From the NCBI GenBank assembly GCA_040880145.1, contig JBBDIZ010000016.1:1-30183 (forward strand): a DNA stretch of 30,183 bases, given 5' to 3'. Origin of the DNA: Simkaniaceae bacterium. GTDB taxonomy: Bacteria; Chlamydiota; Chlamydiia; Chlamydiales; JAJFMI01. The notes under the pieces were generated by a model, which was not told where the DNA came from, made no database searches, and saw nothing but the letters and a program-made list of their open reading frames with translations. A program made the translations under genes and the position numbers. Shown in pieces: positions 18,246-26,552 of this stretch (position 1 is the stretch's first letter; every line of letters begins with the position of its first letter).

Positions 18246-18533
18246 ATGGCAAATTCTGTATCAGGATATACTTATAATCCTGTTAAACCTCAAGAATACG
18301 AGGCTACGGTTTCAGGAGAGAGTAAATATGCTCACATTGGAAAATTCCTGTTGAAAGGAGCAGTGGTTATATCTGTATTTGCCTTGGAGATAATATTCGC
18401 TGGGGGAATTATGGGTACTGTGGTTTTTTTCTCCTCTTTGGGAGCCCCTTTAGCCCTATTTATTTTTATGATACTACTTCTTTTCATGGTTATAGTTTTT
18501 GAACTGGCGATAGCATTAATGGAGAGTATTTAA
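18246..18533 (+). CDS. Small membrane protein with bilobed hydrophobic domain (Inc-like candidate)
   Basis: Hydrophilic 33-aa N-terminus followed by about 55 hydrophobic residues split by SSLGAP; has its own promoter and RBS. Confidence 0.65.
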   Translation: MANSVSGYTYNPVKPQEYEATVSGESKYAHIGKFLLKGAVVISVFALEIIFAGGIMGTVVFFSSLGAPLALFIFMILLLFMVIVFELAIALMESI

Positions 18534-18567
18534 AATTTAAAACGTGCTTTTCTACACATCTGAGTTT

Positions 18568-18648
18568 TATACCGAAACAACTTTAAGAATTGGGTTTTCG
18601 GAAGCTTTCGCGCCTCCCAAAACCAATTCTTAAAGTTGTTTCGGTATA
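18568..18648. repeat. 81-bp palindromic element with perfect 26-bp arms (MITE/RPE-like); may also act as terminator between convergent genes
   Basis: TATACCGAAACAACTTTAAGAATTGG (18568-18593) and CCAATTCTTAAAGTTGTTTCGGTATA (18623-18648); TA ends; degenerate copy at 6874-6909. Confidence 0.88.
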
Positions 18649-18714
18649 TAGTCGATTAAATCTGCTTAAAATCATCAATTTTTTTAATCAAAGCGATTTT
18701 TCGAAAGAAGTCTA
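18649..18714 (+). repeat. Possible third TAGT...GTCTA element abutting the palindrome
   Basis: Begins TAGTCG and ends GAAAGAAGTCTA, resembling the GCAAGATGTCTA terminus of copies A and B. Single copy in the window. Confidence 0.35.
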
Positions 18715-18724
18715 TTGGATTCTT

Positions 18725-19105
18725 TCACCAGTTTAATGCAATGCGAAAATCTCTACTACCACAATTTGGACACCATATTGTAAATGCACCACCTGCCCAT
18801 TCATATTTACAATCCCTGCAAATCAATTTGAATAATTTTGTGTCGTGGAGAGTTAAATAAATACCATTTTGATCCAATGATAGAGGAGGCAAATAAAACA
18901 TTGCTTCTGTATAATCAATCAGGAAATCACCGTTAGAATCGCAACGAATAAATTGATCATCTAAATAAAGTTTATCACTGGTATAACCAAGTATTACCTC
19001 AGGGACTTTATTTGAGATATTTTTAACTAATGAATGATTACTTTCATTTGCTATTAATATCGATTTTACGGAAAAAACAATTATAAAAATTAAAAAAAAA
19101 CGCAT
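18725..19105 (-). CDS. Hypothetical secreted protein with C-terminal CxxC-x12-CxxC zinc ribbon
   Basis: Signal-peptide-like MRFFLIFIIVFSV; CRDC...CPNC; strong RBS GAAGGAG just upstream. Confidence 0.75.
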   Translation of the reverse strand: MRFFLIFIIVFSVKSILIANESNHSLVKNISNKVPEVILGYTSDKLYLDDQFIRCDSNGDFLIDYTEAMFYLPPLSLDQNGIYLTLHDTKLFKLICRDCKYEWAGGAFTIWCPNCGSRDFRIALNW

Positions 19106-20089
19106 ATGTCTCCTTCAGTTAACTTAAAATGGCGTAAGGCTTTTCGTGTACAACAATTTGTGATAATGGTTTTTATTTTGTTTTCGTGTACAGGAGGCGA
19201 AGTTACAGAAAAGACTAATAAAACAAAAGCAGTAAATCAAAAATCAGCTGAAAGTACTGAAAACTGTTGGTTAGAAAAATTTTATAGCGATTTTTTCTTA
19301 CGCGGCTCGGCTATCTACACACTTTTCAGCTCTAAACCCATGTCATGCAAAGAAATTATTACAGCAACTGAAGAGGAATGGTTAAAAGCGTACTCTTCTT
19401 ACATGGAGTTGATTCCATCTGATAGGAAGGCTCAAGTAATTGAAGATCTAAAAGAGTATATTGCTCAATATGACCTCGATGTTAATTGGAGAAGATGGAA
19501 GATTCTTCAAAGTAAAAATGTAAATTCAGCTTTTTTGTTCCGAGAGGTTAAAACTGAAAGTCCTAATGTTGTTTTAATAAAGTTGATTAATTCAAAAGAA
19601 GTCATTAAAACACTATTTAAAAATTATGATATTTTTAAAAGAGAAGTAAAAATAGACTTTGATCCTTTTGAAGTTACCATGGAATTTGAAAACCTTGAAT
19701 CCGTCTTTTGGGAAAAAGTCTTTAATAGCCATCTGCTAATGGGGATTCTTTATGGTTACGGTATTGATAATGCCTATCTTTTTTCAGAGGAAAGGAAGCA
19801 CAAAGAGACTTTTGCAAAGCCTATTTTCTCAAGGCAGCCTTTCCCTAACGAAAGAGAAGAACGGATGAGGGAAGGGGGGATTGAAAATTTAGAAATTCCT
19901 TTTTTTGTTTCATATGCGAATGATTGCGAGGAAGATCCAATCGTTGCCTATTATAAGGAGATTCGAAAGAAAATCCAAAGGCAGCTGAAAAATATAGATC
20001 TTATAGATGGTTTTTCTAAGAAACTACTTGGTGATTTTGCAGTGGGTATAGTCGATCAAAATGGACTAGACTCGCTGGATGCAGAGTAA
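19106..20089 (+). CDS. Hypothetical protein, putative lipoprotein (start uncertain)
   Basis: 327-aa ORF with basic then hydrophobic N-terminus and lipobox-like LFSC; the 3' end overlaps pkn5 by 24 bp. Confidence 0.7.
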   Translation: MSPSVNLKWRKAFRVQQFVIMVFILFSCTGGEVTEKTNKTKAVNQKSAESTENCWLEKFYSDFFLRGSAIYTLFSSKPMSCKEIITATEEEWLKAYSSYMELIPSDRKAQVIEDLKEYIAQYDLDVNWRRWKILQSKNVNSAFLFREVKTESPNVVLIKLINSKEVIKTLFKNYDIFKREVKIDFDPFEVTMEFENLESVFWEKVFNSHLLMGILYGYGIDNAYLFSEERKHKETFAKPIFSRQPFPNEREERMREGGIENLEIPFFVSYANDCEEDPIVAYYKEIRKKIQRQLKNIDLIDGFSKKLLGDFAVGIVDQNGLDSLDAE

Positions 20090-21673
20090 GGCTTTGGGCT
20101 GTTTTTCTGCAGGCCCCTGTATAGCATTGGACATGTGCTTATAGATGCTGTCGGCTTGGTTTTGACAGGAAAGATCTCGATACTTGTACAAAGCTTTTCT
20201 GTACTCTTCTTCTAAATTCGCTGTCTCTTTTTCCGAACAGAAAAAATGATTGAAAGAGTGGAAAAGGAGGGTGTCTCCCTCAAACCAGTTATCTGAGGTT
20301 TCATCAAAATAATGGTTGGGATTTTCTCCAAGCAAGGGGTCATGATTAAGCAGTAGGCGGGGATCAGCGCGCGTTTGGGTAATGTGCCATAAAGGCGTTT
20401 CTCCTGCCGAAATAAAGCTAAAGCTGTCCTTATTGGTATTAATATGGAGGCTGGATAACCCAAAAGTTTCCTTAACCGAGTCTTGGGCGACCAGAGTATT
20501 GAGCTCATTGACAAATTGAACATGAGAAAATGAATGCTTAAGGTCGGTGATATAGGGAGTCATCAGCGCGCGGATCATCCCCCGAAGGTTGCTAATATAA
20601 CAAATTGCATCGGCAGAATTTTGAGTGGATTCAGCGAGAAGGATATGGGCGTTACCATCCGGGAATTTAAAAAAATCATAATAGAGGCCAAAAAGCAGGG
20701 CATTTTCCGGCCGAGAGAGACCGATGTCAAAGTTTGGGCCGAGTGTGAGTTTGGGGGGAAGAAGCTGCGTTTGCGTTTGATTTAAATTATCCCAGATCTC
20801 ATTAATTTCCATTTTTCCCGGCGCTTCATTTTTGATGGCATTTGATTTGAGGTAAGCTGAGATTGATGTAATAAAATCGACAATGTCTTGCGTGCGCTCT
20901 GAGGGGTCGGGTCGAAGGGCCTCTTCAATAATCGGTCGAAGGGTATTGGGAAGAAGAGTAAGTTGAATATGGCCAAAGCTCAATTTCCCACTTATCAACT
21001 CATAGGCAATAATGCCAAGAGCGTAGATGTCTGTTGTAATCCCGACACTTGAGGGATTTTTTCTCTGCTCCGGACTCATGTAGCTAGGGGTTCCAATAAC
21101 GCCTCCAGAGAGTCCTTTAAGCGTTTTTTCAGCCTCTTTTGCTATCACTTGCGCTATTCCAAAGTCAATCACTTTAACTTGTCCCGATTCTGTGATGAGG
21201 ATGTTTTCGGGTTTGAGATCTCTATGGATCACGCCATGAGTATGCAGATGTAAAAGAGCGTAGGCAACTTGTAAAAGGATATCTAATGCGCGACGCAAAG
21301 ATAAGGAGTTTTGAACGATAAATTGGCGTAGACTCACCCCTTGGATGAATTCCATTGCAATATAGAGTCCTTTTTCCCACTGGCCCTGGCCGTAGAGCTT
21401 AACGATATTGGAATGATCGGTTAAGGCAATGATTTCGGCTTCATTTAAAAATTGCTCAATCACCTCTTGCTTGCTCACATATTTTGGACTCAAGACTTTT
21501 ACGGCGATCGGGGTGTGGGTTTCAGGATGCAGACCGAGATAGAGAAGGCTCATCCCTCCGGCGCTTAAAAGACTCTCAATTTTATAGGGACCAATGTAGG
21601 AGGGCAGGGGAGAGTTTGCCTCATCTGTAATGAGGTGGGGGAGAGTCGTTTGTTTATAGAAAGGCTCTTCCAT
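20066..21673 (-). CDS. pkn5: Ser/Thr protein kinase (Pkn5 position) with degenerate PP2C/SpoIIE-like C-terminal domain
   Basis: AGGMS loop, AVK, HRDLKPEN, DFG, GTPSYMSPE, DIYALG; directly downstream of cdsQ as in Chlamydia. Confidence 0.88.
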   Translation of the reverse strand: MEEPFYKQTTLPHLITDEANSPLPSYIGPYKIESLLSAGGMSLLYLGLHPETHTPIAVKVLSPKYVSKQEVIEQFLNEAEIIALTDHSNIVKLYGQGQWEKGLYIAMEFIQGVSLRQFIVQNSLSLRRALDILLQVAYALLHLHTHGVIHRDLKPENILITESGQVKVIDFGIAQVIAKEAEKTLKGLSGGVIGTPSYMSPEQRKNPSSVGITTDIYALGIIAYELISGKLSFGHIQLTLLPNTLRPIIEEALRPDPSERTQDIVDFITSISAYLKSNAIKNEAPGKMEINEIWDNLNQTQTQLLPPKLTLGPNFDIGLSRPENALLFGLYYDFFKFPDGNAHILLAESTQNSADAICYISNLRGMIRALMTPYITDLKHSFSHVQFVNELNTLVAQDSVKETFGLSSLHINTNKDSFSFISAGETPLWHITQTRADPRLLLNHDPLLGENPNHYFDETSDNWFEGDTLLFHSFNHFFCSEKETANLEEEYRKALYKYRDLSCQNQADSIYKHMSNAIQGPAEKQPKALLCIQRV

Positions 21674-21677
21674 AACT

Positions 21678-22859
21678 TTATTTCTTTATTTCTAAAATCT
21701 TGACACCGAGCAAATCGCCTATTTGGATGAGTTCTCCACGGGCAATGCTTTTTCCAGCTAAAATCAGATCAACGCCCTCTTCCGGACGGACTGAAAGGTT
21801 GATCACATTCCCAGGTGTGAGTTGGAGGAGCTTTTCAAGACTCATTTTGATTCGTGTGATTTCTACATTGAGATTGAGGGGAACTTGATCGGGCTTGATC
21901 AGCTCCTCTTGTCGAATAGGCTCTTCGAAAGTCTGTTCTTCGATCGGTTGATCCAAAGCTTCTTCCTCATTTTCTTCCGGCTTTTCAGCAAATTCTTCTA
22001 CCTTGTCGTCGTCTTGGTCATTCATAAATGGGTCCTCGTAAGTATCGGCATAATCTAGAATTTTGATCCCTTCTTTCTTTATTCTTACTTGAAAAAGGGG
22101 CGTCTCTTCGAGAGTTAAGGGAAGGATGCCTTTTTGAGTTTCAAGGTGGTAGTGGCTGCGATCTAAAATGAGTAAATCGCCTTTTTCCAACTGGTTGAAC
22201 TCTGAAAGCGTGAGCCGAGCGCTTCCCAAAATGATGTGAAGGTCTAGCATGATTTGATTTTTATTTGGAATATCAAAAAGAGACTTTGAAGTTTTTGAAA
22301 AGTGGCGGGTAAAGGCTTCACGAAAATCTTGGGGTATAATTAAGCGTCCCCAGAGGGTTTGCTCATGGATGTTCATGCTGAAATCAATGGTTAAAGCAGG
22401 AGAAAGCGTGAATGGCTTAGTTGAAAACTTCAAAACAAGATCATCGAAGGCTTTGACCTCATCTATAACGGATAAAGAATGGAGAAGGAGGTATTGATAG
22501 AACCCTTCTTTAAGTTCGCGATCTGTAAAAATGTCTTCTTTATTTTCTGTAAGTAAAAGTTTAGAGAGCTTGTCGATATCATCTTGAGCGATAGCGAGAA
22601 AAACCTTTTGAGGAAGGGGGGTGAGCTCAAATCCCATTATAACGGGATCGCTTCCAAGGCCTAAAAGAAGATCAGCCTCCGGCTTAGGTTCGACTTCTTT
22701 GAAAGAAAGGCGGAATGTTTCTAATTTTAACGAATTTTGAATACCTTTTTCAAAAGCTTCTTGAGGAAAAATAGGAGGGGTTCCCCAAAGAGGAATTGTT
22801 TTGAGCACTTGTAAAGCACGTTCAATAGAGGAATAAGAAGGAGATTTTTTTGCTTTCAT
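21678..22859 (-). CDS. cdsQ: T3SS cytoplasmic ring protein SctQ/CdsQ
   Basis: Two SpoA/FliN-like domains, C-terminal IARGELIQIGDLLGVKILEI; operon position. Confidence 0.92.
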   Translation of the reverse strand: MKAKKSPSYSSIERALQVLKTIPLWGTPPIFPQEAFEKGIQNSLKLETFRLSFKEVEPKPEADLLLGLGSDPVIMGFELTPLPQKVFLAIAQDDIDKLSKLLLTENKEDIFTDRELKEGFYQYLLLHSLSVIDEVKAFDDLVLKFSTKPFTLSPALTIDFSMNIHEQTLWGRLIIPQDFREAFTRHFSKTSKSLFDIPNKNQIMLDLHIILGSARLTLSEFNQLEKGDLLILDRSHYHLETQKGILPLTLEETPLFQVRIKKEGIKILDYADTYEDPFMNDQDDDKVEEFAEKPEENEEEALDQPIEEQTFEEPIRQEELIKPDQVPLNLNVEITRIKMSLEKLLQLTPGNVINLSVRPEEGVDLILAGKSIARGELIQIGDLLGVKILEIKK

Positions 22860-22862
22860 AAA

Positions 22863-23420
22863 TTAGGTGGAAGCGGGTTTTTGGACTCTCTTTTTTTCTG
22901 TTTTTAAACTAAATTCTACTCGAGAACAAGATCTATTTTTATAGCGCTCTTTTAAAAATTTTTCAAGGTCCGGAAAAGCAGCAGCAAATGCAAGAGTGGC
23001 TTCTTCTGCTCCGAAAAATTCGATTCGATAACTCAAAGGGGAATTTTCATAGAGAGTCAGGTCGATTTCAGCATGATTGAAAATCGAGAGGGGGTTTTCA
23101 GTGGTTATCGTCATAGTCGTTGTGCTCTCTCCTTGACTTTCCATGTGGGAGAGTTCAAGAAGGATTTGATCAGAAATTTCAGAGAGTTCATCTAATTTTT
23201 CCAATACACCACACTTTCCAATTCCGGAGGAGCTTTCATTTAAAGTGGAAATGTTAGGAGCGATAAGGCTCGCGGCTAAGGCCATCGGAGAAGGCTTTTC
23301 TTTTTGCTTTTTCTCCTTTGTCATGTACTTGCTAAAGCTCTCTTTTGGTTTCGTCTCTTGCGGTTTTGGCTCTAAGAGTTTCTCTCGATCTTTATAAGAT
23401 GTGACTTCAAAATTTGACAT
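22863..23420 (-). CDS. Short CdsP/SctP-like paralogue
   Basis: C-terminal ~100 aa aligns by eye with the C-terminus of the 436-aa upstream protein (TTTMTI..SIFNHAEIDL..Y..SP..Y vs TTTIKL..SLFNGSEVSI..Y..AP..F). Confidence 0.6.
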   Translation of the reverse strand: MSNFEVTSYKDREKLLEPKPQETKPKESFSKYMTKEKKQKEKPSPMALAASLIAPNISTLNESSSGIGKCGVLEKLDELSEISDQILLELSHMESQGESTTTMTITTENPLSIFNHAEIDLTLYENSPLSYRIEFFGAEEATLAFAAAFPDLEKFLKERYKNRSCSRVEFSLKTEKKRVQKPAST

Positions 23421-23436
23421 AGGCTCTTAATTATAC

Positions 23437-24747
23437 TCAAGGTTCGGATTTTCTTTCGACTCGTTTATGCTTTTTCTTTTTCTCTCGATATTCATCGAGA
23501 AGAATAGGGGTTTTTAGATTGACTTCGTAGGGGAGCTTGGAGTCTCTAAAAGAGGAGGTAAGGGTATCTAGATTATTCGTAAAATATTGGAGGGCTTCGG
23601 CGCTGCCTTTTAATTGGACGTTGAAGGCATTGGGAGCTGTTGTGTAGTGGTCGATTGAAACTTCAGAACCATTAAAGAGAGAGCCGGGCATATTTAATTT
23701 TATTGTCGTTGTTTTGACATCGCCATACTGCTCTATAGTCATGACCCCCACCATTCTTTCAAAAAGCTCATAGACTTGAGGCGGAAGCCTGATATAGGAG
23801 GGCTGAGGCGCCATTTCTCCTGGGGGCGCCCCGGCGAGTGCTTCTGCTGAAGAGAGGGGGCCAACCTCTGCAATCACTTCATCTTTATTCTTTTTCTCTT
23901 TTCCAATTGGGAAGGGGCCTTCAATAGGAGAGGTCACTGCTCCATCAATTGCGAGAGGAGTCTTAGGAATGACTTTTGGATCTTTAGGGGGAAAGATTTT
24001 TTTCGAAGAGCCTTCGAGGTTAAAGTCGGTTTTTCCCATAGCCTCTCGTTTTTTTGGAGCAGGAACTTCTTCTTCAACTGATTTGTCCAAAGTATGAGGG
24101 AGAGGTTCTTCGGCTTTTTTCTTTTCAGGAAAAAGAACGTTTTTTACTTTTTTCTTTTCTAAGAGAGTTGGGTCTGTTGTGGGCGCTGGAGCTGGAGCAG
24201 GCGCTGGAGCTGGAGCTGGGGGGGGACCCCCGCGATTTGCTTCGATATTAGGTGTAGATTCAGGTTCTCGAACCGTCATGCCGGGGGGTGCCATTGGAGG
24301 GGGTGGAGGGGGAGCGTAGGTTTGGGTGGTCTCACTTTCGGGGATAAATAGAAAGGAGTTATCTTCTTCAATCTGTTTGGGACTAGTCATCTCTTTTTGG
24401 CTTAAAATGGAAGATCGTCGGGTGGGAGGAAGGTCGATGGGACCTGTTTTTTTCGGTAAGACATTTGTAATGCTTTGAGGGGTTTTGATATCAAAGGGAG
24501 AATCACTTTTTCCCTGGTCTAAAAAAGAGCTGAACTTACCTTCCAAAGGAGCAGGCTGTTCAACCAGTTTATCATCCCCTTCTTCATCTTCTCTTTTCAA
24601 GTGACGTTTGCGTTTTTGAGGAGCTTCTTCTGAGCGTTCAACTTTTAATAGGTCGCGGAATTTCTCAGGATTGACCTCTTCCTCCGTTTTTTCAGAGGAG
24701 TCTTCAGGAACAGGACCCGTGTAGCCGGAGGAGACATTTTTAGCCAT
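23437..24747 (-). CDS. cdsP: CdsP/SctP-like needle length ruler candidate, proline-rich
   Basis: Lies between cdsO and cdsQ; long Pro/Glu/Lys-rich disordered region followed by a compact C-terminal domain, the FliK/YscP architecture. Confidence 0.65.
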   Translation of the reverse strand: MAKNVSSGYTGPVPEDSSEKTEEEVNPEKFRDLLKVERSEEAPQKRKRHLKREDEEGDDKLVEQPAPLEGKFSSFLDQGKSDSPFDIKTPQSITNVLPKKTGPIDLPPTRRSSILSQKEMTSPKQIEEDNSFLFIPESETTQTYAPPPPPPMAPPGMTVREPESTPNIEANRGGPPPAPAPAPAPAPAPTTDPTLLEKKKVKNVLFPEKKKAEEPLPHTLDKSVEEEVPAPKKREAMGKTDFNLEGSSKKIFPPKDPKVIPKTPLAIDGAVTSPIEGPFPIGKEKKNKDEVIAEVGPLSSAEALAGAPPGEMAPQPSYIRLPPQVYELFERMVGVMTIEQYGDVKTTTIKLNMPGSLFNGSEVSIDHYTTAPNAFNVQLKGSAEALQYFTNNLDTLTSSFRDSKLPYEVNLKTPILLDEYREKKKKHKRVERKSEP

Positions 24748-25234
24748 CTTTCTCTCTTTTTTTTCTGAGTGTATGCATAGCAGAACCTAGCTCATCTGTT
24801 TCAATATCATCTTTTCGCTTTTCTTCTAAACGAGCCTGTTTTTGCCACTCTTTTTTGTGAATTTTGAGCTTTTCGACGTCTTGCTGCTTTTGCAGCATCT
24901 CTTTTCTAGCGGCTTCAACCGCTTTTTCCGCTTTTTCAACCACTAGTTTTTGCTCGACGACCTTCATCTCTTTTTTCTTTAACTCTTCGCCGACCACCTT
25001 TAAATAGCGGTCTGCAGTTTCAATGCGATCGCTCGTTGTCCCTTTTGAAAACTCCTCTTGAAGCTGCGCGACTTTTTTGTCTCGATGATGGAGTGTTTTA
25101 TCTCGAATTTTTTCGGCTTCCAAGAGTCTCTCTTCCTCTTGACTTAAGGTTTCTTTTTTCTCCTTAAGTAGACGTTCAGCCTCTTCTAGACGTTTTTTTT
25201 TTATAGTCTGAAGTTGCTGAAGTGGATATTTCAT
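24740..25234 (-). CDS. cdsO: T3SS stalk protein SctO/CdsO
   Basis: MKYPLQQL..IKKKR, 164-aa coiled coil, immediately after the ATPase. Confidence 0.9.
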   Translation of the reverse strand: MKYPLQQLQTIKKKRLEEAERLLKEKKETLSQEEERLLEAEKIRDKTLHHRDKKVAQLQEEFSKGTTSDRIETADRYLKVVGEELKKKEMKVVEQKLVVEKAEKAVEAARKEMLQKQQDVEKLKIHKKEWQKQARLEEKRKDDIETDELGSAMHTLRKKREKDG

Positions 25235-26547
25235 CGAAAGAGGGCTTTGAGCTGTTGAATAGTTTCTTCAAAAGAACATTTTTCATCGACGCTTTGCTTT
25301 AAGAAACGATTGACTTTATCGATATATTTAATGGCAAAATCGGCATCTTTATCCGATCCGGGTTTGTATTCCCCAATGCGCACTAAGAGTTCAATTTTTT
25401 TATAATTTGAAAGAACTTGTCGAATTTGCCCAATTAATTTGACATGATCTTCTTTTGTGATGTGGGTCAAAATACGACTTACTGAAGCTAAAACATCGAT
25501 TGCCGGGTAATGATATTGCTGTGCCAGATCAGAAGAGAGAATAATATGGCCATCTAAAATGGAGCGGGTCTCATCTGAAACCGGTTCATTTATATCATCA
25601 CCGGCGACTAAAATGGTGTAAAAAGCTGTGATGGAGCCAACAGCGGAATTTCCGGAGCGCTCTAAAAGCCTCGGCAGTGTTGCAAAGACCGAAGGGGTAA
25701 ATCCGGCGCGTGCCGGAGGTTCGCCGGCGGCTAGCCCAATTTCACGAAGGGCGCGGGCAAAACGGGTTACAGAATCCATCATTAAAATGACATTGAGGCC
25801 TTTTTCACGAAAATACTCAGCAATCGCTGTGCCCACATAGGCAGCATTCAGGCGAAGCTGAGCCGCTTGATCAGAAGTTGAAACGACGATGATAGATCGC
25901 TTTAACCCCTCTTCCCCCAGATCATTTTTAATGAACTCGCGAACTTCACGTCCTCTCTCTCCAATTAAGGCGATAACATTGATATCCGCAACCGCATTTC
26001 GAGCGATCATTCCAAGAAGCGTCGATTTACCACCGCCTGCTGCTGCAAAAATCCCCATTCTTTGACCTTGCCCCACTGTTAAAGTGCCATCGATGCATCG
26101 AACACCTGTGGCTAAGGGGGTGTCAATAATTTTTCGAGTTAAGGGATTAGGAGGTGCATTGATCACAGAAAAAGTTTCTTCCACCTCTAGAGGGCCATTT
26201 TCTTCTTCGTCGAGGGGATTCCCAAGGCCATCGAGAACGCGGCCTAGAAGACCTTCACCGACTTTAATGCGAAGGGGAATTCTCATCGGAATAACCTCGG
26301 AGGAGGGGCCAATACCCGTCATCGCACCGAGAGGGGAGAGAAGAACTTCCTCTTTTGTAAAGCCGACAACTTCCGCCATAAGGGGGGCTCCCTCGCGCTT
26401 GATCATACAAACTTCCCCCATCTTTACTTGGGGAACAACGGCCTTAATGAGCATCCCGACGATTTCGGTAATTCGTCCATGAACAGTGGTGAGCTCTAGA
26501 TCTTCGAGCTCCTCCATCAGTTTGTCGACGCCCTTATTTTGATCCAT
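25231..26547 (-). CDS. cdsN: T3SS ATPase SctN/CdsN
   Basis: AAAGGGKSTLL Walker A, LIGERGREVREF, LMMDSVTRFARALREIGLAAGEPP, ILDGHIILS. Confidence 0.97.
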   Translation of the reverse strand: MDQNKGVDKLMEELEDLELTTVHGRITEIVGMLIKAVVPQVKMGEVCMIKREGAPLMAEVVGFTKEEVLLSPLGAMTGIGPSSEVIPMRIPLRIKVGEGLLGRVLDGLGNPLDEEENGPLEVEETFSVINAPPNPLTRKIIDTPLATGVRCIDGTLTVGQGQRMGIFAAAGGGKSTLLGMIARNAVADINVIALIGERGREVREFIKNDLGEEGLKRSIIVVSTSDQAAQLRLNAAYVGTAIAEYFREKGLNVILMMDSVTRFARALREIGLAAGEPPARAGFTPSVFATLPRLLERSGNSAVGSITAFYTILVAGDDINEPVSDETRSILDGHIILSSDLAQQYHYPAIDVLASVSRILTHITKEDHVKLIGQIRQVLSNYKKIELLVRIGEYKPGSDKDADFAIKYIDKVNRFLKQSVDEKCSFEETIQQLKALFR

Positions 26548-26552
26548 GCTTT

